59,104 nucleotides of DNA, filler included, from Sphacelaria rigidula (GCA_964200075.2; 7 parts of 7 records of this genome joined end to end with filler, not necessarily neighbours in it), one strand, 5' to 3'; positions 25,400-39,100 are shown, numbered from the whole stretch's first letter. The notes: generated from the sequence alone by a model not told the origin. Program-made: numbers and translations.

Positions 25400-25750
25400 T
25401 AGTTATTCATGTATCGATAGCCGCCATTGCCGCCATAAAAAGATTTTGTACGCACTCTATCAATCATGACCATTGTTGTCGCCATCACTAGGTTTTGTAA
25501 ACAATCCATCAACCGCCATCGATAGATATGGCACGGAGTCTCTCGATATCCATTGTCGCCATCAACGGATTGGAAAGCTTTCTGTCGATACATCCAGTCG
25601 GCCGCAACAGGTTTAGGTGTAGGGTCATCACAGACTGCTGCTCGGGCAATGGTGTGGGAAAGGGGTCTATCGATAGACATTGCTTATGACAATAGCTCTA
25701 CATAGGGAAACTCGTCAATCGATAGCTATTACCGACGACAATACTGGTGT
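25400..25750. repeat. Old dispersed repeat, inverted copy at about 44900-45200
   Basis: GACTGCTGCTCGGGCAATGGTGTGGGAAAGGGGTCTATCGATAGACATTGC is the reverse complement of GCAATGTCCATCGACAGACCCCTTTCCCACACTATCGCTCAGGCAGCAGTC (about 44965-45015). Confidence 0.65.
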
Positions 25751-25758
25751 CTACTGCT

Positions 25759-26111
25759 GCCGGTCGCCCCGGTGGCTCAGTTGGTAACCTCGTAACCTTC
25801 TGACGGTTGGACCATGCGTTCGAATCTCGGTGAAGTCACACGATCTGGACTTCTCCTCACACCATGCCCGACAGTGGAGAGCGACTATGTTGTGGGTACA
25901 CGAAACTCGACTTTACGGTCGACGAGGGAAAGGGACCGCTGAACCCCTCTCGATATGAGAAATACGGCAAGCACCTCAGAAAGAAGGTAATTAAACAAAT
26001 GAAAAACTTCTACGCTGGCGTTCCTCCTGGGTGACCCCGGCTGATGCGCCCACGTATACCGAAAGGTGTAGACGGGCGTGCAGAATAGACGGGGTGGCAA
26101 CACACACACAC
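25759..26111 (+). mobile_element. Uninterrupted tRNA(Gln-like)-derived SINE, about 350 bp
   Basis: A box TGGCTCAGTTGG, anticodon-like arm AACC-TTCTGAC-GGTT (CTG), B box GTTCGAATCTCGGTG, 3' hairpin TATACC-GAAA-GGTGTA and a (CA)n tail. Confidence 0.88.
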
Positions 26112-26701
26112 TCCGACAGATTCGATTACTATTGCAATAGACGCCATCTCTTGTCCAGGGTGTGCAATGCTGCATCACTCATGTATTTTATAAATCACTG
26201 GATCAGATGTTTGCATTGACGGGGCCACTTTGCCCTTCCGTCTTGATATTTTCGCAGTCTTGCCATGAACGACGAACGAGCTACGACTCACTCAGTTAAT
26301 GTACCGTGAAGCAGGTGTTTGGTTCTGAAGTCCGACACTATTGATGATAATTCACCACTAAGCCAATTTACAAAACTGGTCACGTGTTTTGCGTGATATA
26401 CCGCCACGAGTCGGCGGATTTCAGGGACTTCAGCCTGATGTTGTTGGATGGTAGGAGACATACTGCACATTGTATCCGTAATTAAGGGTTATGACGTTTA
26501 TTTTGCTGTACGTAAGATTGCTTGCAAGCCCACCACCCTCCATCCTCCTGCCCTTCCGTAAGACTTGATTCAGTGTCGACTTACTCCCCTCGAGAATTGG
26601 TGCAAAATCTTCCTGTTGGGAAATTTGACTCCCACGCCTCCACGCCCCCACGCCCCCGCTTCCTTATCTTGAATCGCCCCTGGTGTGGTGCCATGTTGAA
26701 G

Positions 26702-29631
26702 TAATGGATGAGGACGTCGTAAGCTGTGGAACTTATGCATATTTTGCGCCGGAAGAGGCTTCGGGGTTTCAGACCGTCAAAATCTCGGCGGCGATGGATA
26801 AGTATACCGTCGGCTTGGTGCTGCTTCAGCTGATCGCGGGGACGCATGTGTCTGCAACGTTGGTGAGTTCAGCGCAGCAGTACTTGTGCTCATCCGTTTA
26901 CCGTTCATTATTGAAATCGCCAGATTGGGGGAAAAGCTGAGCTCAATAAGGAGAGCAAGCCATTCCAAGGCGTTAACATCCGCCTAGCCCTCGTTTCGGG
27001 CGTACATCGATGGACAAGGGCCAAAAGCGAAGTTTTCAACAAGATGAAATGTTTATGTTGACACCTGGCAAGTGGGCTAATGTATCATTTTTTGGCCATG
27101 TTTTGCACATGTAACCTGCTATCCCTTGCGATGTCGTTGTTCCTCTAGGATACAAGAACGATGGGATGCCGCCAGCAGAGCTTCACAACGCTCATGCAAA
27201 GGCAGTTGGGTCAACGAACCCTTCACCGTGAAGACGAGGTGAACCCTAGCTGAATTCATTCGACGTACTGATTTTCGATGACGTAGAACGGACCCGGAAG
27301 TGTTTCCCAGGTGTAATACGTGAGAGGACCGCGTGCTTATAGGACCGCGCCGTAGTTCAAAACACGTCAGGAACGACGTTTTCAAAACCAATCGGGTCAG
27401 TCCCTGGAGGTACCACACCCCTGACCATAACCCCAACACTAGCCCTGACCCACACCCTAACCATAGGGATGTTCAAATCCCGATGTGGTCCTCTAAGTCC
27501 GCGGTCCTCTCACGCATTACACCAGGTGCGTTTCTGTACAGATCGTGCCCACAAAATTCTCATCTCCAAGCGAGATCGTACGACGAGTAGTACCAACAAG
27601 GTGGTGTGTTCATTGAATGTTCAAGACGCATACGCAAATGAGTGAGCGTCCAACGACGGTGCCGGGATCGCTCTGTGTCCAGCATACTCTGTCCACCCCC
27701 GTGCAACCCGAAGTAGTCATCAATTGGCACACGTGTGCTACGACGTCATCGCTCGGTAGCTGCACAATGGTATGCAAAAGCTTGCGCGGCGAAAATAAAT
27801 GAATGCATAGTGTAGCAGCCACGGGAAGTGAGAACGTTCGGCGTTCCCTCGCTTCGGTTCATGTGGCCAATACGCATCAAACATCAGGTGAAGGTTATCC
27901 TCGAGAGCCTCTTGAGCATCGACCCGTCCAAGCGCATGGAGCTCGACAGCTTGGAGACACTCTGCATGAGCGAGGGTATGTGGGCTCCAGTAGCCTCCGA
28001 CAACTCCGTGCCAGGTGATCTATTATGCGATCACAGATTCCACACACACCACGGATAACGCCATTCAGCCAACAGGTGGCCGGTTGACGCAATCGCTGTT
28101 GCCGATTAACCTGCCCAAGTATTGTCAGGGTGGGGGGAACAAATATGGCCTGCAGCGAAATGTCACGTCGGCAATATTACGGAACATACTTCGCACCTTA
28201 TACCCGAAAACACAATCTTGAAGGCTGATTGACGCTTTTTGGTTTGGTTTTGTCCGACGTTAACCATATACAGGTGATGTTTTCATGTCTTCTTATTCTG
28301 CAGTTTTATCCTTGTGTGGTGAAAACAGATAGCGAGCTAGGCCCATACGGCTTTGGATGGCTTGTTTGGGTTGTTTGGGTTTTTGAAACAAGGGAAAGAC
28401 ATTGTAAGGAAAACAACATTTGTACAAATACTGCCTAAAATGCGTCTGACCTCCAGGAGAGTACCATTGTGAACAAAAAGGACACGATCTTTGCACATCA
28501 GTCGCTATCTGACGTTTTCAACATTCAGCACCGCTAAATCTCCACACGTCAGAAACGTCATGGGCTAACTCAGTCATGCTGTACAACTCACCGGCCGAGA
28601 ATATGCATCGCTGTTTTTTCCTCTTGAAACTTACCCTGTCAGAATGTGCACTGCTGAGTCATCTCCTCTAACTCTCCCGGCAAGAATGCGCACCGCTGAG
28701 TTATCTTCTATGGCGCATGCCGCCAGAATGTGCACCGCTGAATGCTGTTGCTACTTCTCACAGGTGATTTACGCAGAAAAGAGTTGACTCGTGTCGACCT
28801 GAGTTGCGTCGTCCGACGTGTGCAAATGTTTCTCTAGTCTGGGACAAAAAAATGATGGGAATGTTTCGGCAGAGGTTCGAATCGCCAACCCTAATCACAC
28901 TTCCTGAGTCTACCGTCATATGAGTTATTTGCTGAACGATAGGGTGTGGTACCTGTACTCCAGCACGGACAACATAACAGTCGTGTTATTCTATACTCCC
29001 GGAAACCATTACCGCTCTGTGTCGTCGCCACTAATGCTATACCGCACCCCACAGCGCTGCCGTTCTAGAAGCTTACTAAGCAAGTCATACTGGGCATGCT
29101 CGAGCATTATCTACGCATGAACGACACTTCTGTGACACTCTTCTTCTCCCTCCGTCACCCTTCACCTTTTTGTTTGACGGGCCATACCGGATCGTACACT
29201 AGAAATTGCCCAATACCACCATGTACGGTAGTAGGCTGTCAAACTGTCACATATACTATTAATACAGAACAAAACAGTCAGCGCTGACTGTTTTGCTCAA
29301 TGGTATCTGTGACATCTCAACATAGGCCACCCGGTGGACCATCCAGGTCTCGCATTTCCCCTCCTTGGCATGCCCACGTGCCAACAGTCAGAAATGTCGC
29401 GTGTCTTCGGTGTTTACGGGGTGTTGGTCAGCGGTGTTCGGTTCGCTCGGGTACCGCACGAGGAAGCACAAGACGCAAAAGACACGCAATATTGCAAACA
29501 GCTCACGAGTCAAAGCCAAATGTTGCTGTTTTTCCGCTTCTACTGACCGGATGATTGATCCACACGCAGATCTCGCCAAAGACATCGAGAACAAAATCGA
29601 CAACGTGCGTCAGCTACTAAGGAGCAGGTAG
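26702..29631 (+). CDS. Protein kinase, C-lobe exons (subdomains VIII-XI); 5' part missing, may be a pseudogene
   Basis: Phase-compatible exons 26702-26862 (SCGTYAYFAPEE...AAMDKYTVGLVLLQLIAG), 27149-27238, 27888-28014 (VILESLLSIDPSKR) and 29570-29631 (DLAKDIENK...RSR*). The acceptor of the first exon is uncertain. Confidence 0.7.
27312..27521. mobile_element. 210-bp MITE with TGT...ACA ends and internal degenerate telomeric hexamers
   Basis: TIRs TGTAATACGTGAGAGGACCGCG / CGCGGTCCTCTCACGCATTACA, with CCAGG on both flanks and CCCTAA-like hexamers at about 27417-27463. Confidence 0.8.
28595..28745. repeat. Minisatellite, about 42-bp period
   Basis: AGAATG(T/C)GCAC(T/C)GCTGA recurs near 28641, 28683 and 28725. 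Confidence 0.6.
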
Positions 29632-30349
29632 CTCAGGGGTCGCTAGCACTCCAGTGGTGAGGAAGAAAGAAGGCAACGCGTGGATGTGCTGGGAAGCAAG
29701 TGGGCCGATGGCCGCGAGCAGCCCAGTCACAAGGAAGCTTGCAGGGAACACGTGAACGCACTGGGAAGCAAGGATACACTGCAACCCGCAGACAGCACGG
29801 AACAATATAGCACAGCACGCATCTGCGTGCAAAAAGCGATTCTTCTAGCTGTCTATTTTCCCGAGCTAGGCTATCATTGACAGTCTTTCTGCGATTTCGT
29901 GTTTTGTTCTGCGGTTCAGTTGGCTCGAATACATAAAACAGTACAAAGACAGCTTCAGGCACAGCACCAGTACTGCAAGAGGCGTCCCCACATGTTCTCG
30001 TGAGTGTTCGGAAACACCCCGGCAACGCTCACTGCAGTCAGCGGGCAGTACAGTGCTGTGCCGTTCAGCATAGCATAATATAGTACCGTGCAATCTGTGA
30101 AGCGGGCAATAGACAACAATACTGCAACACCTTTTATTCCTCCGGCGTGAATCATGAGAACATATTTTATTTCTCCCCTTTCATGTATGCAGCATAAATC
30201 CCATGTATCTGTTTTCCACCTTGCATTCGTGTAGCATATATAATAGGCACACGCTCCCCACTTTCCCTCAATACGAGGTGAAGCACGCGTACATGTGTAT
30301 CCCCTTTACTTCACGCGAGCGTGAGTTCTAGTAGGTACGCACGTGTTCC

Positions 30350-32480
30350 CCTGCTGTCTTCCTCTTCTCGAGGTTAGCTACACACTCCTTTTCTTTGTCT
30401 CTGCCGAATTCTCTCTCGCTCGAGCCACTACCCTCCCGTTTTGACGTCTCTACATTTGCCTCTGCCCACGCGTCGAGTTCTATTTCGAATTCCGTGTCGA
30501 ACGTCGTATTAGGTTTGATGTTTCTCGTTTGCGGTAGTGCTCGACTAGCACGTCTACCTTCCCCTTCGAAATGCCGGCCATTATACCGTTCTGTGCCCGT
30601 AGTGTGGCTATCCCCTTGTCAATCTTTCCTGCCTGGCTTTCCATGATCCCTTTTATTCCTACCCACATTTGTTTCATCCCGCCATCGAAAGCTTCATTTG
30701 TCTTATTCATCACTACATCTTCCCATACCCCCTCCTTTCTCTTCTCTGCCGTATTTTGTACTTCTTTTCAAGCTTTTGTATAATCCTCCCAGCCTACCGT
30801 AGTTTTACTCGATATGCATCTTGCGTGGGCCTCTTTCCTTACCTTCATAGCCTCTTTTACTTCCTCATCCCACCATTATGCTGCTCTGTTGCATACTATC
30901 AGTTTCTTCTCTATGACTTTACTCGCTGTGTTCTTGACCAACTGCTCCGATCCTCCTGTAATATTCGCTCTTGCCCGATCCCTTTTCATTTCGGTATCAA
31001 CTGTACTTACGCGTTCCAACAGCTCGGAAAATATCCCTACATTTTTGGCCATCCCTTCTTGGAACTCCTGCTGTTTTTCATCCATTTCTAGCTTATCGAT
31101 GTTCCATTTGTACATCTTCGTACCCCGCCTATTTCTTCTAGCTCTCGTCTGTCGGCGTTCTGTCCAAATTTGGCAATGACCTGTAGTCCCCACGTCCTCC
31201 GCGCATACATGTACTTCCGTTTCTTCACCATTTCAACGCTCCACCATTATATAGTCAATAACGGAGCGTTTTCCTTCGTCTTTGCATTTTCTAGTCCTTG
31301 TCCATTGCACCTCTGGCTTTTGCGCTCTATCGTTCAGCGCCTTTATGTCGTTATTCTCAAGGAACTTCGGCATGTCTACCCCGTTCGTGTTCTTCTTATC
31401 TTTCCCGTGTTGCCCAATCAATGATATCATCCGGTTGACCTGCTTTGCCAACCCTTGCATTGAAGTCTCCCACTAACATGACTTCTCCTTGTCTTTTTTG
31501 CTCATGTACATCTGCTGCTGTCTCTTCAAACCTCCGCTGTATATCATTCACCCTATACTCTTCGGTTCTCGGGGCATATAGATGTTCCCCACTACGAAGA
31601 AGTCCGTCGTTCCCCGCTCTCCTGGTACCTTTATCCACGACATTCTCTCGTCGAATTTGGTGTCTTCGATCATTTCTACAATGCCACACAGGTATTCTTT
31701 GACTAAGCATCCTACTCCCCCCGCTCCCCTGCTCTTGGGGTTCTGTCCCTTCCTCTTTTCCCCTATCCATGCGTACTCTTCAACTTTGCATCCTCTTTCC
31801 GCCCCCTCATTTTCCCATGATCTTGGATTCCCACTCTATCTAGGTCGTGGTCACTTACTTGTTGGGCTGTATCGCTATTATTCTGCGCTTGTCTGTGGCA
31901 AACTCACACACGTTCCACGATCCTGTTCTCAATTTGCTCTCTGAATCATCATTCACTCTTCTTTTGTCTACTTTCCTCTTTCCGTCGTGTTTTGTATTTC
32001 TACGTTCCCTTGCTTGGTTCTTGTTCCCGTTTCCGGTTTGGTCTTTGTCTATTTGCTTCTGGCCGCTATGCCCCCTCCCCTTCACCTTCCGGGAACGTAT
32101 TTGCTCCTGGTTTTCTTTCCCTGCGTTAACCCGTGGACTACGTGTTAGGCTTGCCGTTCCATTAGCTATGCATACCCTCGACCCTACCCGTCGAATCCAT
32201 CCCGACAACTTTTTGTCTCTATCCTTCTTTTCCAATCCTTGCTCGCGCTGTGTTGTAGCGTGACTCGGAAGTGCTCTCCCCCCTTTCTACTTTTCTCTTG
32301 CCAAACAGTATATAGTCCAACTTCATTGCATTCCTTTCGAACTCTATCCTCGTCATATCGCTTCGGACTCCGAATCTCAGCACTACTACGTTATTACTAA
32401 GTGCTAAACGTCTATATTTTGCTTGCATTCTTGTCTTGCCGTTGTTATGATATGGAGGAAGGATCTCGGTCGTTTTCCGT
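30350..32480 (-). mobile_element. Decayed LINE 5' part: AP-endonuclease and linker, truncated before RT
   Basis: Frameshifted APE motifs LRTGSWNV, GNIYMPP, VMLVGDFNARVG and RSVIDYIMVE, followed by the linker KQMWVGIKGI...VLVEHYRK. Confidence 0.88.
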
Positions 32481-33068
32481 TTTGACATGGGAAAATAAAA
32501 TTGAGCTGTTTCCCTCTACAGTTTACGTCTATATCCGGGCTGTGCTATGGCAGGTCAAAGAAAAAGGATGGTCGGCTTCGCTATTTCATGTCCATCTCCG
32601 GGCTGTGTTATGATCGGTTAAAGAAAACGAATGGTTACCTTTATTACTTCATGTCTATGTCTGTGCAAGATTCAGTTTTGTTTTTCTTCAAGCCCTACTC
32701 CGAGCATTTTTAGCGCGAATTAGGCGCACTTCATGCGCCTTATTCCCATCCTTGTTGTCGCGTTTTGGCAGTTTCCCTTCACCAGGTGCGCCTTCTAGTA
32801 TGAGGACAAGACGGCAAGTTGGGCATTCGAAGCTTTGATGTTTATTTGTTGCACGAAAATGAAGCTTTTCTTCAGCCATCGAGCTTTCAGGCCACAACCT
32901 GCACACCTACACCCTACCCCACGTACGGAAACAACAAATGCTACTACACTTATGATACATGATAGATCAGAAGAAGGTCATTGTAGCCTCTGGACGCAAC
33001 GTGTTACGGCCTTTGGCCTCTCGCTCGGCAAGCTACAAGCTACTGCCCTCCCTCCCCATCATTCACCA

Positions 33069-33135
33069 TGCTCCGTCTCGAAAGGGGTGCGTGGTCAATG
33101 GTCAAACGACTAAGGCAAGCAACAAATGAGTACCC
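33069..33135 (+). mobile_element. Short 3' end of the C-run-associated LINE family
   Basis: TGCTCCGTCTCGAAAGGGGTGCG...ATGAGTAC, flanked by TSD-like CCCCATCAT on both sides. Confidence 0.85.
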
Positions 33136-33186
33136 CCCTCCCCCCCCCATCATCTACAGTCTGTCGACATTGAGAGTCTTGTCGAA

Positions 33187-33450
33187 CTACCGGTACCGGT
33201 GATGGTACTTTCATCATAACGCGGATTTGATCCGGTCACCTAACGTCTTCTGCCGGGAGTTCAAGCACGCCATCAAATCCGAAAACACTCACTCCATAGA
33301 CGCGGACGATGGCTGGATAAATACAATATATATCACCACGAGATAACAACTGGGAAACCTGTTCTTGTTGTCGTCCCAAAACAGAAGCAAATCGAGCTCT
33401 GAGTACGCGCCTGAGGCCGCGAACAAATAGCTGTCCTCTCGGACAGTAAG
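33187..33450 (-). pseudogene. hAT transposase C-terminal dimerisation domain relic
   Basis: A frame not in the ORF track reads ELDLLLFWDDNKNRFPSCYLVVIYIVFIQPSSASME*VFSDLMACLNSRQKTLGDRIKSAL. This fits the W...FP...PSSAxxERVFS hATC motif with R changed to stop. Confidence 0.8.
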
Positions 33451-36147
33451 CCCGCCATGACCTCGGAGTCACAAAAGGGGGAAACGGCAAGCTACTGGTG
33501 GACCTCGTTCTCAGTGTAGCCTGCGTGCTGCTTCATATAAGCGAAGAGGCACAACAGCTGTACGCTGTTGTACGGTGTACAAGTGTTCTAGTCTCAATCA
33601 CATTTTCGAAAACCACCTAGTACAATGTATGTAGAATATAAACTAAAACGTTTTGCTGACCAGACCCGCAACCAAATAACAGCCGATCCTAATTTTTGGG
33701 GTTGAAACATAAAATGAGGTTGAAGTCCCATTTNNNNNNNNNNNNNNNNNNNNNNNNNNNNNNNNNNNNNNNNNNNNTTAATTAATTAANNNNNNNNNNN
33801 NNNNNNNNNNNNNNNNNNNNNNNNNNNNNNNNNGAGCGTGCATTTTTGTGTCTCGCAGTTTTGTTCGTGTTAGTTTTCACGTCTTTTCTACATCCCAAAT
33901 GATCCATAATTCTTGAGGCAAAAGCAAACATATACCACTGCGGAGTTGTCTGGTGCTGGGTGTACTATCCTGTACTCAAAATAATGGGGTCATTTTTTTC
34001 ATCTTCTGCTCGTTTTTGAAATGTTTTCTGAAAAAAACGAGAGTGTTTCTTGTCACGGGATTTCTAATGCCGAATCTGGAATAGCCTGAAACAACAACCA
34101 ATTTGAAAATTAGAATTCCGGCTCATCAAAAAACGATCTCATGAAGCTGTTGCATGTAGATGGTGGCGTTGGTGCCCATGATGTGCGGGCCCTAGTACCA
34201 CTGGAGCTGTAGAATGAAAGGTGTTACCGATTGGAAACGTGTGGCTCAATCCGGGATTATCCTAGCCTGAACACTACATACCAACACGCACTCCGTCAGG
34301 CCTGGAATGCAGTTCAACAGCTCCGGAACTGTAGTGGTATGCGAATTGCCGCCTCCCGGTTGTCGCGTCTCGAACAGATTGACAGCGTCGAGAATGGGAC
34401 TTTCATCGATCGATAGCACTTGACCCGACCTCACTCTCGACTCAGCATCATGCTGTCGACGCGTACTGCGTCAAGGCTGACACTCCGTTCGACTGGTGGG
34501 CATTTGACATCACGTAGTGCTGTCGTTCGGACGACTCGTGTCACCTTGTCCTCACGCGATACACACCTTAACCGTGTTCACTTGACGGTGGGATAAGCTC
34601 TCTTCTCCTGCTCTTATCATAGTGCTTGTACCTAGCCCTCCCACCACCACGTCTCTCGTCTACACACATCAGCACCACGCACAAAAAGACACACCAACGC
34701 ACACGACAACGAGGCTAACTCCTAACGCGGAAACATCACATACAGCAACGTGATCAGCGACACCCTTCAGTTCTCCGGCTCGCACTGTTCCTTCTCTGCT
34801 CGACGCCACACACAACACGACGTACGCGTCCTTTTCTCGTCCTTCCCCGGTCACGGTCACGTGTCCACCCGTCAAACAAACACATCCCAACCGTCAAGTA
34901 TGTCAAGACGGGCTTCCCGCTCCCAACTAACCGAATAGCAATCCTGAAGACAAACAGCAAAACAAGTAATAACAACGGTCTGCCCTTGTGACGGCCACCT
35001 GTTGTAGTATTTTATATTAAATAAAACGCTCAGCGCATGCCATCGTCAGGCGTCGAAGCTCGTTGGAAATAGACACCAAGACTCCGACAAACGAATGCTC
35101 GATGGTTTCAACGCACCCAACAGCCAACCTTGCGCTACCACATCTTTCGAAGCCGCTTGCCTTACTCACCGCTCCACCTGCGAGTATTAGCCTCTGTGAG
35201 GTGTGTTCGCTTCGTTAGTCCGTAGTCGCACACAAGACAAAGACGATTGCCTCGCGTGCTGCTGCCACTCGCGAATTTTGCATGCCCGGCACAACTGCTC
35301 TCAATTGGCTAAAAATGAAGACCCAATAGAAACCATCCCCACACAGTATCAAGTACCACGAGCTGGCTGCTCTGTGCTACCAACACCAGACGAAAATGGT
35401 GTTCATATCATGCTTCATAAAACCAGCAGTCGATATCCTGACGTCCGTGTCCCTTGCTGCCTGACCTCCTACATCGCCGGCCAAGACGAGAAACGAATCA
35501 TGAACATCAACAAAACGAAAACAGGCCGTGTATATTCTCATTACCCAACCTGCTGTGCAGGCTGGCAATTGTAACCAGTCGGCTAACTTACCAATTCATC
35601 GAGCAACAACCTCACTAAAACAGGAAAAGCAGGTGCACATGAAGAAGCAAGCCACACGCCCCTCATGGAAGCAGTGTGATTTGCTCGTGCGTACCCGTCC
35701 ATCCCGCCCCTCCACCACCTCCATGCGTTTCGGTGAACTTATCACGACAACCCGGCCACACGCCGGTTCTTTCGTCATGCCACCAGTTATCCAAGCCATC
35801 GTACACACGCACCCAACAAAGGCCGCATGTACGACTTCAGCCAGATCAACGGAAAAGCAGAGCGGAACAAAACAAAACATACGCGGAAAAAGACTACCCT
35901 GCAAACAGACGCCGCAATACCGTGGTAGCGCCCCCACCGAGACGCACCCACTTCCGCGTACACACAAAAACACATCATCGTTCCACGTAAGTTTCCACGG
36001 TCTTTAGTTCATCCATCCAAGTTATTCCACGAACGGACACCATTGACCCGCCGCACCCTTTTCTTCGCAATTAACCAGCATGAGTACTACCTCCAGGTCT
36101 CCTACGATACTTCCATCCCCCCTCCCCCCCGCGCACGAGCGAGACCT

Positions 36148-39100
36148 TCAAGCATCTACACGAGCTTTTTCCAGGTACTTCCCCAGCGTCAACTTACCGC
36201 CCTCTCGGGGGGCTGCCCTCCTCTTTATCGCGCCCATCTTTCTCTCTAGCGCCACTTTACCGGCCTCGAGGATGTCAATTCCATCGAAGCTGTGCATTTT
36301 CTGCAACTCGACATTCGCGCGGTCCCCTGCCCCAACGCCAGCACCACCATTGGCAGATCCATTGGTGGCCCCAGCAACACCGCCAATGGCACTTGTGCCA
36401 CCGTTTCCAGAGTTGGGCGCAGACGATGGTTCGCTTCCCTCTTTGCCGTCGCCGTCGCCCCCTGCGGCGGCGCCAGCCGATGCGTCCTGACGCTTCGGGC
36501 TGTTCTGTCCAACGGACCAGAGAATCTTCGGGCGACAGTCACGCCGCTTGAAGGGGTCGAACAGCCCTTCGTTACCCGCTGCAGCTTCATCCCTGTAGAG
36601 AGCGTGGGGATGTGTGTGTGTGTGTGTGTGTGTGTGGATGGGGAGAATGTATGAGTGCAGGGTTTCTTCGTTCTTTTGTTTGGTGTGGTGCTTGAGGAGG
36701 CAAGAAATTTTACCTACCAACTTGTCACGGTACATGACTCTCCGACGGCGCGAATCATACACACCTGCGCTTGTTTTCCTCCAGCCTTTTCTTGCGTCCC
36801 ACGTGGGAGTCTACGTGAACGTTAAATCCCCGGTTGCGTTCATTCAGAGCTCGCATTCCCGCGGCGCCCGAGTCAAGGTTCCTCTTGGTCTTAGCTTCCC
36901 TCTCGTCAAGCTGTGTGTACATGACATACATTGTCCCGTTTGTTTTTCGTTGAGTAGGATGAAAGACAAGGGACAACGACAAATCATGGGACGAACGAGC
37001 CCACAACCAGAAACAGCGGGAAAAGTAACAAAAGCGTCAAGATGAAGAGCACAACGAGGGGAGTCGGCATCATCTCCGAACAGGAATGTGCATATTTACC
37101 CTCTCGTGAGAACCTGCTCGTGGAATGAACCGTCATGGTAGAGAGCCCGCATTTCAACCGCCGAACACCGTTTTTTACACTGTGGGTTATTTTACACACC
37201 CTGGACAATGAATTACATTGTCAAAAAGGGTACTGGGTACAGTATCGTCCATTACATTAGACAACAGCTTCCATACTGTGCACAGTACATTTTTGGACAG
37301 TGGAACCTTTTCTCCAGGGTGTGTTGTTCCATTGCCAGTCATCACCCGAGGGCAGTCACCTCTACGCGCATTGCAGTACATCCAAATCAACAAATCTGCT
37401 CGAAAAGCACGATGTGGTGGTTTGTCTGCGCCAAGGTTATGTAAACCTTATCAAGCATACTAAAATGGTAATTTCTTATTGTTGAGAGCTCTTGTTCCTA
37501 CTCCTTGACTTCGATGGTTTTGTCATCACTTGTCACCCGGAAATCAGATTTCAGTCCCTGATGATTCGGTATAATCCCTGACTTGTTGGAAAGTTCCTAG
37601 GTAGTGTTCTGTAGGGTACGAGTTTTCTGTATACCTGGGGTATTTTCCCGGGCGTTTACAGTACCCGACAGTTCTGTAATCTCTGTAAGATTTCCATACC
37701 CTTACCCCATAGTTGTGGGAGTTTTGTATGCCTCCCGTACCGTTACCGGGGACACGGGTATGCTCTTGGTAAGATACCCGGCTGCGGGTACGATCTTCTG
37801 TGCAGCCTTCATACCCTGCCCGACAGTTTCTGTGAGTTTTGTTCGCCTCCCATGCCCTTACCCGACAGTTCTGTGCGTAGAATGCATGCCCGTACCCGGA
37901 GCGCTGGTATGCCCTCAATGGAGTACCCGATTGCCGGTATGGTTTTTCTGTAGACCTCCCATACCGTACCCGACAAGATCTGCAATATCTGCAAGACTTT
38001 CGGATCGGCACCCGATATTTCTGTAAGTTGTGTCAAGAATCCCATACCCTGCAGAGCATACCTGTACCCTACAGAACACAACCTTGGAAAATTCATGCCG
38101 AAGCTACTTGCTTGTGAATTGCGACGTATCACGTACTTCCATCAACCAGATCACGGGAGTGCCCTGTCGTCCCACCACCCCCTTCTGCCCCCACGCGCAC
38201 GCGCAAACGCTCGTCGAATCTCACCTTGGCCAACTTTTCCCTGCAGGTGTCGGCCTCGTCCTCTCTTCCGTCGGCGAGAGCCGCCTCGAGAGCGTTTGAG
38301 AGCTTGATCCTCGACAGAGCGATATTGTTGTAGGCCGCGCCTTCATCCTGCCGTTGCTTCACCATCTGCTGTACCTCCTCCGCGGAGTACTTTTTTGTGA
38401 AGGTGAAGGAAAGTAAACGAAGGGGAGGGAGGGGGGATGATGCGCTTCATGAGGTTTTATATATCAATGGCGAGACAACCGTAGCGCTGAACGAAGTTTC
38501 TGTCAAGCGTTCATGATATTCGAGTCACGTTTTTTTTTTACCTTGAATGAAGGAGGAAACTCACAGAACACTCACCGCGCAAGCGGGTTCGTGTGACGAT
38601 TAGTCGGACGCTCGGCTTGACTGGATCACGGCAGTCATGTGGGGGTAGGCGCCTCGAGCGTTCGCAAGCTTCGCTCAAGGCAGTGTGGGGATCCGACTCA
38701 CTAAACCCCCCCGTCAACTTGGCGCAGTGCACGCCCCGCCCTACTCTTTTGAGTTTGAGCCCTAGGACGAGTTACGGTATATGTATGCTCAGGGATCGGA
38801 AATTTTCGATTCCCGGGCGATTATTTACGACAACAAAAACGCCTACTCTTCAAGTGGGGAAAGGAAAGGCGGGACAGGTAGGGGTGCACACAAAGTAGGA
38901 GGAGAAACGAAGCTGTTCACCAGGGCGCAAGACACGACAAAACTATGGACGTGTACGTGTTGAGTAATGCAAGACAGAAGAAAGGAGGGGGGAAGCCAGT
39001 GCCAACAGAGACGTGGTGATAAGCCAGCGCGAGGATGTCAAACGGCTGAACTTGTAGTAGCACAGCCAGGACACAGCAGCGCTTCGGGGGCTTTCTCATC

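Noticed and set aside
25759-25835. Functional tRNA gene
   Set aside because: The acceptor stem does not pair, and the head is joined to a repeated body and CA tail, so it is a SINE.
34213-34416. Possible terminal exon (NERCYRLETCG...FIDR*)
   Set aside because: No recognisable homology or partner exon.
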